Below are positions 10,290 through 22,187 of a stretch of 64,000 bases of DNA, piece by piece (position 1 is the stretch's first letter; each line of letters starts with the position of its first letter). The position numbers and the translations under genes are program-made. The DNA is from Selaginella moellendorffii (lineage: Eukaryota > Plantae > Lycopodiophyta), in contig NW_003314270.1 of the NCBI RefSeq assembly GCF_000143415.4, forward strand, positions 2,821,668 to 2,885,667, in the 5' to 3' direction. A model generated the notes under the pieces. The model was not told the DNA's origin and searched no databases. It worked only from the letters and a program-made list of their open reading frames with translations.

Positions 10290-12929
10290 AAGTACGGTGC
10301 TACCAGCATAGCGAGTGCTCGAGAGGTTTAAGCGGCGGGATTAGTGTGGTCTAAACGGCACCTGACGATGCCTTGCTCTCATGAGGTACCGAGTCTGTGA
10401 TCTGGACGCTCAAACGATTGATACTGCAGTGGAGGGCCTGTTCCAGTGTTTGGAGTGAAGAAGACACAGAGAGCTTCGTCGATCTGCAAAGGTTATATTC
10501 GTCGCGACAATCTCTATGCAAGGTGTCGAAGCCTCGTCAAGTTTTTAAACGAATACCCCGGAAGCAACATCGTGGACTATCTTGATTGCCGGCTATGCTC
10601 AGCACAACGAACTGGGATGCTGATAAACTATCGTGGCAGAACTGAAGGCTTGGGCAGCTCTGGCAATTGGGAAGGTAATTCACTTGACTATCTCCAGATA
10701 TAGAGATGAAGTCATTGCGTCCGTGGCCAACTCAAAGCGAGCATGTAGTACTGTGAAGGACTGCCGAGTTATTGTCACCGGACGGGATTGCTTTCACTTC
10801 ATCCTCACTGAGTGTAGCGATGCTGACTTGGTCGACACAGCAACCCAGGCAATGAGCTGATCGTAGGTAACTCCAGATCTGGAGCACTTTCACTGTATGG
10901 TGGTGAGGCTGTCGAGATATTAAAGAAGAATATGTGGAATGTTTGAAGGAGATTAAGTAGTTGATTTCACCATATCTTTTATTAGCTAATAATTTTATTA
11001 TTTTGGCAAAAAAAGAAAAAAATTTAATGGAGAGGCTATAACTTAAATAGTATGGAAAGGTGGTTTTAAAGAATTATAAGGAATAACTTTGTTTCTTTTT
11101 CTCTTTTCTGTCGACATTTTTGGTTCTGAATCCAAGCAATTCATGGATTCAGAAGGCATACTCTAACGTTTGAATTTGAACATATACTTGACCAATTTGG
11201 TTTTAAATCTGGATTTGAATCACAAATTCTTCATGCTCTTCGTGATCAAGCCTTGGTTGTTCATTTTGCCTTTATCTTATGGTGATTTACTATAGGATAA
11301 TCACGAAATGGAACTTAAACCTTCCATATGGCTCCATTTTTTTCGACATCCAACACCGACATCTACAAAATGGTAAAAACCACGTGTGCTACATTTGGTA
11401 TCAGAGAATGAGTTTTGGCAAATACTATCTAATGAGATTGGGTAACTAGTCTCATTGCATATGTAGAGATGAAAATGATTTGAGTGCAAAGGCTTTGCAA
11501 TCATTCCTTGAGTATGGTTTTGGTTACCTTTTTATACCATATTATGTGAGTTTGCTCTTGGGCTCATAAGATGGATTGAGGAGTTCCGTTTGCACGAGTT
11601 TGCGCTCGGGCTCATGAGTGAGGCACATTAGTAACTCAAGGTTACACCTTGAGTTGGCAAGATTAATATTATCTTATTGGTGATTCCATGAGTTGTTCCA
11701 TGTATCGTGGGTGAAAGTAAACCTCCCATAGGTTTGCTATGAGTGGCAAATAAGCTGGTCTATAGTTGTTTTGCACGGCACTAGTAGATCCTTTCTATAC
11801 ATGATTATAAGTGGATCAATCAAGACTGTAGGGGTTAGTATATTGGTTTAAGTAATCATTGTTGCGCTCTCTCATAATTTTTTCTTGGATTAAACTGAAG
11901 GCAATGCAAATGCAAGCTTGAGGTTTGGTCAGATATGAGACCAAAAAGAGAGTTATTAAAGATGAAAGATCAAACACGTAAATCATCTTTTTTTATTTGA
12001 GATATGATTTGCAACAAAGAGTGACTCATTGCTCATGTTCACATCATGCAATCAAGAATCCTTACATTGATGCATGTTGGAAATAATGGTCTTATAAGTA
12101 GTGAGTTGTGAGATGAATAGCGGTGAAACACTAAACCATTTTGTCTAGGCTTGCTATTGAAAACTTGGGTTACAATGCTCAATTCTTTTCCAGGGAACCT
12201 TGCTATTGCCCCTTGAGTAGCTTGGTGTTAGATTAGTTTTGAATTTGGTCAAAAAGAGAGTGGCATGAATTTGTTTATGTTATGAATAAAAGTTAGTGGT
12301 GTTAAGTGTTGTAAATCTCTATCGGTGGGGTGTGGCATTTATGTTGCATTTTGTCAAATTGAGTTGGCATTTAATAATCATATAAACCTTTGTAGTAATG
12401 ACATGGGAGTTACTCATGGTGTTGCTCAATTGATGATCAAGTCATTGTGATTTTTATATCATATTTATGTGATAATGAGCAATGCGTTTACGAAATTGCT
12501 TGGTTAAACAATGATCAATCTTAAAATGGTTGATGGTGAGGCTAGTTTACTTACATGTAGCAGCATTGTAGTAGCTTTGATTGAATTCTCAAAGATGATC
12601 CATTATGCTAAGCTTAAATTAATTTTTTGTTTCCTTAAGTTTGTCTATTGAGGTGTTGGAAAGGGTTATAACATTCAATTGTTATGGCTTGTTGGTTATC
12701 TGTTAGCACTTAAAGTAGATTGTTGGATGGAAAAGATGTGTAAATAGGGCATTAACATCAATAGCACTTGTGTTAGTGGAAGTGGCATTATTATTTCGAG
12801 TGATAAGGTATTCTTCTTAGAACTTGAATTTCCATGCCATTTTTTTTTTTAGTGTTTTGACCTTCACATTGGATCTTAAAGGTGGTTGAAGAAAAGTGTT
12901 AAGTGTAATGTGGATGTCCGAAGATGTGG

Positions 12930-13402
12930 TCTTCGTGATCAAATTTTGGATGTTCATTTTGCATTTTGCAAATATCGGTATTGGATGTCAAAAAAAATAG
13001 GCAAAGATATTTGATGCTTAGCATGTTATTGGATCACGAGAATTTGTGTTAAGGTGAACCTATGTGAAGTTGTTAATAAAAGGAAGTTGGTTGAGTCTTG
13101 AAAGTTTTCATTCCTACACTAAGAGTCATTTTTTTTTTAGGATGGAAAATTTTCCACAAATTTTCTTAAATTTTTTCAATGGCTGATCTGGATCTGGATC
13201 TGGATCTAGATCAGCCATTGGAAAAGTCTAAAAATATTTGTGGAAAATTTTCATCCTAAAAAATGAATAACTCTTCACATTAACACAAATTCTCGTGATC
13301 TAATAGCATACTAAGCATTGAACATCTTTGCCTATTTTTTTTGAGATCCAACATCGACATCCACAAAATGCAAAATAAACATCCAAGGCTTGATCATGAA
13401 GA
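12930..13402. repeat. Long foldback inverted repeat, copy B
   Basis: Same structure as 5886-6351 with one more GATCTG unit in the centre. Confidence 0.85.
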
Positions 13403-14746
13403 GCATGGAGAATTTGTGATTCAGATCCAGATTTAGAACCAAATTGGTCGAGTATGTGTTCAAATTCAAATGCATACTCAAATTCATGCATACTCGGATT
13501 CAGATCTAGATGAAAACTTTATTTTTGGACTCAACTTGACTAAATATTAAACTTGCTGTTTTTAATCTAATTTAAAAAACATTTATGAAAGAATACAATA
13601 ATGAACCTTGATCCATTTATAATCATATATAGTAAGGATCCACTACTGTCGTATTAAACAGTTATGAACCAATTTATTTACCACCCATAGCAAGCCTATA
13701 GGAAATTTATTTTTACCTATGATACTATAGTAATAACTCATCCAATAAGTTACATTAATCTTGTCAACTTATTAAATTGCTAATGTGTCTAGTACATCTC
13801 AATAAGTACAAGCAAAACTTTATACAATATGGTAGATGACTTCTTGAGAAATCCAAATTCAAAAGTTTACATTTGAGGATCATATGCTTAAATTGATATT
13901 GTGCATATCATAAGACTTAATCAAGAGAGAATACCCAATTTGAAGCAAGTAATATTGAGTGAATTTTGTAGTATTTAAACTCAAAAATGCTTAGCCCTAA
14001 ATATTCTAAGATTCTAAATCTCTTTATATTGAAACCTTAATGAGATTTCTGAAATTGATCTCTTTAATTATTTACAACTAAATTTTTTTATCGTTTATAT
14101 ATAAATAAACAAATGAGATAATATTTCAATAGACTTTATCACAAAATATTTTAAGGAAATAATGCTATCTAGATTGTTATGGATTAGTTAACGAAGAGCT
14201 TCTCAATGAAGATGACAATTTAAACTTTTAAACTGATTATGGAATGATTAGGATCTGCAAATGTAAACCTATTTCACAAAGACCTTGGCAAATAGCAAAT
14301 GTGTTACACAGACATGCTTGGCAGCAGTCGTGCCATTCCCATCACAATGTCTTAGCATGAAGGCTGAATGCGTTCAGTCCTGAAATTGAACGTTCCATGC
14401 TTGAACGTCTGTGATATTTTGGGATGAAATCATTGCAATGATCTGATATTCTCTCACAGTAGAATTAGTGCTCGATATGGATAATCAAACTGGCAACATT
14501 TTCCAAAGAACATGAGATAATCCTAAAGCTTATATAGCATACCTTTCTCGATGGATCTTAGTTGTTCTTATCCATTGTTCATGAATGGTCCTAGTACCAA
14601 AATCCATGTTTTCCACTGCCTTGCTTGATGATAACTCTTTGTAGCTTGCGAATGGCGTGAACACACAGTTCAATTATGATTCATGGGTAGTTAACCACAT
14701 AGGAAATGGATCTTCTAACCATCTCAGGCAGGTTTTAGAGCACGAT

Positions 14747-16465
14747 ATGCAGAACAGCTCGGCTTGGATCATCGGAGCGCTGCTGCTCGCCTCGCTTGCT
14801 AATGACGCTAGTGAGTTTAACTCTCTTGCTTGTTCTGGGTTTACTGTCAAGACCTTGTTTGATCTCGACAAGCACTCGGTAAATGCCCTTGGCTTGTATA
14901 TGGACCTGCGGAACAAGTTTGTGTTGGCGCTCGATTCTAGTGGCAATCGTATATGGAAGCTGAGACTGCCACTCTCGCACGCTGCTGACGATCCTCATAC
15001 CCTTGGGGAGCGTCTGGAAGAGGCGCCACTCGCTGCACGGGGAATTCTCGACTGGAGTAAGCACTAGAGGCTTTTCTTATAAAGCGTAAGAGTTTTTTTT
15101 TCCTCTAGACAGCAGCTTGGAAGCTTTTGCCGGTTCATTCGTGGGGGAGTCCGGCTATGTCGACGGCCCCGCGGTAAAGTCACTTTTTAATCGCCCACAA
15201 ACCTTGCTATTTGCGACAATGGCGCGGTCTTTGTGGCGGAATCGAGGAACTTGGCTATACGCAAAATCAGCAAGGATGGCGAAGGTAGTTTCGTTTTCTC
15301 TTTTAAAAATCTCTAGAACATTTTTTCTAGTTCCAACAGTGACCACCATTGCCGGAGGTAGCTCTCGAAAGCCAGGGTTTGCCGACGGCCCCGGAGACAC
15401 AGCTCGTTTCTCAAGCGAGTTTAGCTTGGCGTGTTCTTTTGGCTCCTTACTCATAGCCGATCGCGGGAACCGGCTGATTCACGAGATACAAATCGATGAT
15501 CCAAAGTCGCGTGATTCAAGCGATTCAGCCGTTTCAGGTGACTTCTCATCCTTTACCAGGATTTTTTTCTTTCGATTGGATTTAAAACTCCTGCTTTTTG
15601 TTGATTTCATGATCAGGACCACAAAAATGGGCTTTAATTCCCGTAGTGCTGCTTGGCATCTGTCTGGAGATGCCTCTGGGAGCTTTTATAATCTGGAAGA
15701 TACTTGATCAGCGGTGCCGGCAAGTAAGTTTCACGAGCAACGCTGGTGACGCTTATGAAAATATTTCTAGGCAGGCGATCAGCTGGGAAACACTGAAAGA
15801 TTGCTGGCGGGCGTTCCGGAGGACGATGATCTGCAAGTTCGGCAGCAGAAGCGAACTTGCTAGCGCCGTCTTTAGTCTTTTCCTGCTTGTATATCATCAG
15901 GCACAGCTGCTCGCGTCTGTCTTCTTTGGTGTTGCACACGAAGTAAAAACGAAGCCAACTGCGCCTGTCAAACAAGATCAAGACCTCCACTCTCTCCTTG
16001 GAAACACGAAAGATGAGCCTCCAGACCTCATTGATTTCATGGAACTCTCCCAACTNNNNNNNNNNNNNNNNNNNNNNNNNNNNNNNNNNNNNNNNNNNNN
16101 NNNNNNNNNNNNNNNNNNNNNNNNNNNNNNNNNNNNNNNNNNNNNNNNNNNNNNNTTTTGCGGATTCGAGGAATTTGACTATGGAGCTCGAGTGTTTGGA
16201 GAAGTTCCAGCAGGAATTCAAGGACAAGCGCAAGCACAGCTAAGAATGTGCTCACACAAGCTTTGTTTTTCCACTCTTCTTGAATAGTCCATTGTTTTAC
16301 AAATAGGTTGACGCTCATGTTCCGGCTGAAGGCGTTCCTCCGGCGAGGAGATGGACGAGCTCGAGTTCCAACGATCTGGTGACCGAGTACCAGCAGTACC
16401 GGGATGCTTCCATGACGACGATGACTTTGGGGAGGATCCAACTCGCCGCGCAATCCACAGCGTAA
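14747..16465 (+). pseudogene. NHL-repeat membrane protein, copy B (frameshifted)
   Basis: After FNRPQ (about 15203) the conserved LAICDNGAVFVAESRNLAIRKIS continues in a shifted frame (1-nt deletion). VTTIAGG...GFADGPG and LLIADRGN follow. Confidence 0.75.
16056..16155. other. Assembly gap
   Basis: Run of N. Confidence 0.99.
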
Positions 16466-16561
16466 AAACCATTCTCTTTTTTCACAAAGACAAAAGTATT
16501 ACTATTTTTTTCCAAGTCAAGGGTTAGGTTATACTTTCTCGCTTGGATTTTTCTATTCGAG

Positions 16562-17410
16562 ATGTCGGAACGCGCGGTTTCGTCAGGTATGGATGCTTCT
16601 CTCCATCAAGAAGCTATGGTCTCTCGTGATCATGGGCCTCCAACGCTTGGCCGCCGAGCTCCAGCGCCCTGGCATGGCGGCCATCACCGAGCTTCACACC
16701 CGCGAGCTCCAGCTCCAGCTCCAGCTCCAGCGCATCGAGCAGCGCATGGACACCACCGTCCTCGAGCATCTCATGGAGGCCACGAGCCAGCGCCAGCTTT
16801 AGCTCCAGTTCTTCAAGGTGGCGCTCCAGTTCCAGCTCCGGCTCCAGCGCCAGCTGCTTTCGTTCATGCTCGCGGCCACCACCCTGGTGATCGAGCTCCA
16901 GCGCCTCGCCACCACGATCCAGCTCCAGCAGCAGCGGTGTACCATCATCATCACGGTGATGGAGCTCCTCTGGTTGTTCACCACCATCACCATGGTCACC
17001 ATCATGGAGGCCACCACCATCACCATGGTCACCATCATGGAGGCCGCCACCACCACCACCACCACCACCACCATCGTCGCGACGGTCACAACGCAGCGAT
17101 GGCCACACCGACACCCGCGGCAGTGGTTACAGTGGCTCGGAGGACGCCCTGGTCGCTGCTCCCGCTTCTTCTCTGGGTTTTGGTTGCGATCTTGGTGCTG
17201 CTTGCGTGCTGTTTGCTAGTGCGATGGATGTTATCTCGAAGGAAACAGCGCAGGAATGCGATCTTTCAGGACCCTCAGTGGCGGATCGAAGTGACGAATC
17301 CTCTGGCAGTTGTGGTGGACGATTCTCTGACTGAGAAGAAAGAGCCCGAGTGGAGGATTAAAGTGCTAAACGCACAGGAGGAAGACGATTCTCTGACTAT
17401 GAGCTTGTGA
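16562..17410 (+). CDS. His-rich, Ala-Pro-repeat single-pass membrane protein, copy B
   Basis: 282 aa; the protein is identical to copy A except for one extra AP dipeptide. Confidence 0.75.
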   Translation: MSERAVSSGMDASLHQEAMVSRDHGPPTLGRRAPAPWHGGHHRASHPRAPAPAPAPAHRAAHGHHRPRASHGGHEPAPALAPVLQGGAPVPAPAPAPAAFVHARGHHPGDRAPAPRHHDPAPAAAVYHHHHGDGAPLVVHHHHHGHHHGGHHHHHGHHHGGRHHHHHHHHHRRDGHNAAMATPTPAAVVTVARRTPWSLLPLLLWVLVAILVLLACCLLVRWMLSRRKQRRNAIFQDPQWRIEVTNPLAVVVDDSLTEKKEPEWRIKVLNAQEEDDSLTMSL

Positions 17411-18119
17411 AAGTACGGTGCTACCAGCATAGCGAGTGCTCGAGAGGTTTAAGCGGCGGGATTAGTGTGGTCTAAACGGCACCTGACGATGCCTTGCTCT
17501 CATGAGGTACCGAGTCTGTGATCTGGACGCTCAAACGATTGATACTGCAGTGGAGGGCCTGTTCCAGTGTTTGGAGTGAAGAAGGCACAGAGAGCTTCGT
17601 CGATCTATTTCCAAGCTGCAAAGGCTATATTCGTCGCGACGATCTCTATGAGCCTCGTCAAGTTTTTGAACGAATACCCCAGAAGCAACATCGTGGACTA
17701 CCTGAAGGTAATTCACTTGACTATCTCCAGATATAGAGCCGAAGTCATTGTGTCCGTGGCCAACTCAAAGCGGGAGTATCACTGGTGCTGAGCACGTAGT
17801 ACCGTGAAGGACTGCCGAGCTATGGCCGGACGGCATTGCTTTCACTTCATCCTCACTGAGTGTAGCCATGCTGGCTTGGTCCACAGCAATCCAGGCAAGT
17901 CGGTAACGAGCACTTTCACTGAGACTTTCACTGTATGGCGGTGACGCTGCGAAAACGATGCCTTTTTTTAATTATATTTTATGCTTTAAGATTTATTTCG
18001 TATTGAAAAAGAAGAATAACTGGAATTATAGTTGATTTCATCATATATTTTATTAGGTATTATTATTTGACAATACTTTATATGCTAGAAGTTTTTTTTG
18101 GAGGAGAGAGAAAAAATAA

Positions 18120-21100
18120 TGGAGAGGCTATAATTAAAATAGTATGGAAAAGAGGTTTAAAAGAGCCTAGTGGAGAGATTGGTCTGGGATAACAAAATGG
18201 TTTTGAAGAATTATAAGGAATAAAAGAGTGTTGCTTTGTTTCTCGACATTTTTGGTTCTGTTGCTGGGAAATGCAAAGTTGTCTGAGTGTGTGTGAGTGT
18301 TGTATGTCAAAGAGAGGGCATTTGCTAGTTTTTAGTCTTGAGTTAGCTTTGGAGGAATGATATCAAGAAGGTTCTCTAATACCATCATGTTTTCTGAAAC
18401 AGCTTAGCTAATGAAAGAGAGAATAAAATCAACTTAATCTTACCACATATTCTTCCTTTTTAATAAATAAAAGTAGAAAGTATAAAATAATCAATATAAC
18501 TTCACAGACCAGCTTTACAGAAAGTTTAAATATAATTTTGGTGTCAATACTTTCTAGCTCCATCATGGATTGACTGCCAATATCTATAGAAGCAGGCTTC
18601 CAAATGATGAATATTCATTTGTGTTAGGGTAAAATTTATAAATATGGATATTGTCTTTTATTTTGACTTTATTTTCGGGCTCAACTTGACCAAACCTTAA
18701 GCTTGCATTAGTAGTCTTTTTATTTTAATATATGAATGACTACTTGAATCAATAAAATAATCCTTACAGTCTTGATTCATCCACTCATAATTATAGGAGG
18801 TTTATTTTTACTTATAGTATTATGGTAATAACTTAAATTAATCACTGATAAGCTAACATTAATTTTGCTAACTCAAAGTGTAACTTTAAGTTGCTCACTC
18901 ACAAGCTTAAGCATAAACTCGTGCAAATGATACATTTTAAATCCATCTTATAAGCTCAAGTAAAACCTTATATAATATGTATGCACCAAAATTCATACCC
19001 AAGGACATGTGCAAAGCTATAACAACCAAATATATACCCATTTAGATAATTTTTTCCATCTCTATGTATACAACAAGATTAATCACCCAATCTCACTCGA
19101 TAGTACTTGCTAAGATTAATTCTTTAATACCAAATATAGCATACATAATTTTCACTCTATATTTTATGATGAATTACCATAGAATAACTATAGAGCAAAA
19201 CCTAAGACTTAAATATATCCGCCAAGTGAGACTTAAGTTTTAGGGTTTTTAGTTATTGAACAAAGGGATAAAGCCAAACTCTTAAGCATACATTCAAAAA
19301 GTAAAAGAATAAGAGTATGAAACAATATTGAATAGAGCATCCAATATTTCAATACTAAGACTAATATATAAAATGAAGCCAAATAGATTCTAATGTTAAT
19401 TTTGGCATATCAATGGTATAACATAAGGACATAGATACTTCACCAGCTAGGGAGCTTGGGTTTAAACAAAATTAGATGCAGAACAAAAAAAAAAATACCT
19501 TGTTAAATAGGTTGGTCGTAAATGCCTCCTACCTATTATCCTTACTATAAATTTCAACCCCCTTAATATGAAAGCTAGCTTTAGGCTTTCATCTTAGTTC
19601 TAAAAATTAGTTTTTAAGATAAACTTACAAAATTATTAAATATAAAATGATGTTGTTTGACAAAGATAGTTCTAACAATTTTCTTAGGTTTTTATAAACC
19701 GATTATTCAGTTTTTATGATTTGCTAGTTGACATTGTGAGTGATCAAGATATGCAAATAAATTCATGCAAATAAAGAAAATACAAGTGTATTCAGAAATG
19801 TGGGCAAGCCCTAAGAAAATCTAATGTGAATTCAGCCTTCATGCGTCATGGGAATGGCACAACCTCTCCTCTAAATAGCATTATTTCCTCAAAACATTTT
19901 AGGTAAACTAATGATAAAGTTGACTAAAATATTCCCCCATTTGTTCTCAAATATATATAAAGGATAAAATAAATTAGTGATAAGCAACCAAAGAGAACAA
20001 TTTGAAAGTCATTGAGGTTTAAATATAAATAAAAAAAGATTATGAATAAGAATGTAATCTTTTTTTCCAATCAGTTAAAAATCTTGGGATACTTAGGGTT
20101 AAGCTTTTTTGAGTTTGAGTAATACTGACTTATTAAGAAGTTAAATTCAAGAGCTTCCATTTCATATTATAAAGATTACATATTAAATTGTTCATTTTTT
20201 TTCTTTAACTTTTGTCAATGAGCAAGACAACCTTGAAGATCCTTTTGACAATAGAAAAATAAAAGAAACTCATGGTCTGAATCCATATAATAATACTACC
20301 ACCTATTTATAGTAATAATTATACTTGTAACTCTCTGTTTCGAGAAGGTTAATTTCATTATATAACTTTGAAGAATTTTTTCACTTGTCATTCCAATTAT
20401 AAATAGTAGCAAACTTTAACATATTTTGGAGAAGATCAGTTAAGAGAATAGTTATCTCTAAAAAGTGCTTTATAAATCATTAAAAAACTTTAATCATACC
20501 AAGAAAACTATAAAAATCATGCACTATCCAAAGTATATACCAATTAACCATCTCTCACACCATGCATTGAAATCAAATGCTCAAAATATTCAATTTCCTC
20601 CAAAAAAAACTCACACTTGGGATAATTTCAAGTAGGGTTTATTGTCTCTCAAGAATTCCAAAACTCTTTATACATGGATTTTGTATTCTTCTATTATAGA
20701 GCTAAATATTAGGATATTATCGAAGTAATCAATTGTGAAATTTCTTATGCAAGGATGTAAAACTTGATTCATCAACCTGTAAAAAGTCATAGAAACATTT
20801 GTCAAATCAAATAGCATCACTAAAAACTCATAATTGTTGCAAATATAATTATAAGTATCAAAAGCTCTTAATCAACAAATCTATCCTTTTATTACCACAA
20901 TAACAAAATGTTAATATTGTTAGACCCTTTATCAATCTCCACCCAAGTTAGTTAAGAATTTAGTTAACATATATCCACTTATATCAAAAGGGCATAAGGA
21001 AAGAAATCCTAAGTTATTATTAGTCAAGTATATTTAAAATAGTGATAAAAAACTTATATATTTGTATTGCACGTACTAGTGTTGAGAATCCCTAAATATT

Positions 21101-22115
21101 AACTCCAATCCCTTAATGTTCACTATATAATAACTTATTGTGTCCACTAAACACTCTTGTTTTTCTACCCCTTGTGTTAGTCTCATTTTGGTCCTATTAG
21201 TTATTTATGAAAAGTGTCTAAGGAGTTTATATATTCCCTTGGAAGTGTAGACATTTCTATTAATTTTCTTATCGATCAATATGAGTTATATATCAAAAAA
21301 GTTTTATATTGCAAATTTGGATATAAGAATAACATTATCATGTTCGAGACATTCTTTACATCTATAAATATACCTAATTGACAAATTTAGACAAATGCCT
21401 CAAAGCGAGGATTTGAACGAAAGGATTTGGATGGAGAGGCTCTAAGAATTGGCTCAATTGTGCGCGTTTTGATCCTCTTCTCGATATGTTCTCGTGATCT
21501 TCTCGTCGAGTGCAGGGGATGCGCCAAGAGTGTGCTTGATCTGGGAGCGGGATGTATGTGATATTTTGGGATGAAATCATTGCAAGTAGAATTAGTGCTT
21601 GATACGGAGAATCACCCACCAGAACTGGCAACATTTTCCAAAGAACATGAGATCATCCTAAAGCTTCTTCATATACAGCATACCTTTCTCGAAGTTGTTC
21701 TTATCCATTGTTCATGAATGGTCCTAGTACCAAAATTCATGTATTCCACTGCCTTGCTTGCTGATAGCTCTTTGTAGCTTGCAAATGGCGTGAACTCACA
21801 GTTTCACTTATGATTCATGTATTTAACCACTTAGGAAATGGATCTTCTAACCATCTCAGGCTAAACGACGCGGTCGTGCCATTCCCATCACAATTTCTTG
21901 AAGGCTGAATGTGTTTTAGAGCACGATATGAAGAACAGCTCGGCCTGGATCATCGGAGCGCTGCTGCTCGTCTCGCTTGCTAGTGACCAGTTTGTTCGTG
22001 AGTTTAACGCTCTTGCTCAAAACTTTAGTTCTGGGTTTACTGTCAAGACTTTGTTTGATCTCGGCAAGCACTCGGTAATGCCTTTGAACAAGTTTGTGTT
22101 GGCGGTCGACTCGCA
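18120..22115 (+). repeat. Third, decayed and rearranged copy (C) of the unit
   Basis: Starts TGGAGAGGCTATAA. It has diverged pieces of the same AT-rich repeats (some inverted, e.g. about 19825-20130 vs about 6930-7345) and ends in the NHL upstream region and first exon. Confidence 0.75.
21928..22115 (+). pseudogene. Truncated NHL gene first exon (copy C)
   Basis: MKNSSAWIIGALLLVSLA...GFTVKTLFDLGKHSV..NKFVLAVDS, after which homology stops. Confidence 0.8.
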
Positions 22116-22187
22116 CGCATTCTATAGTGAAAAGTTTGTTTTTCCAGTTTCTCTATACGAAAAAGTGACAGTTAGTTTCAGCAGGGT

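Larger units (their letters stand above)
3414..11027 (+). repeat. Tandem segmental duplication, copy A
   Basis: Collinear with 11028-18119 (starts TGGA[C/G]AGGCTATAACTTAAATAGTATGG; same foldback, NHL gene and His-rich gene). Confidence 0.95.
11028..18119 (+). repeat. Tandem segmental duplication, copy B
   Basis: Collinear with copy A; lacks the TRIM and carries a 102-bp inversion relative to A. Confidence 0.95.

Noticed and set aside
10397-10860. Short ORFs downstream of the His-rich gene
   Set aside because: They differ by frameshifts and deletions between copies and have no recognisable domain; at most a decayed fragment.
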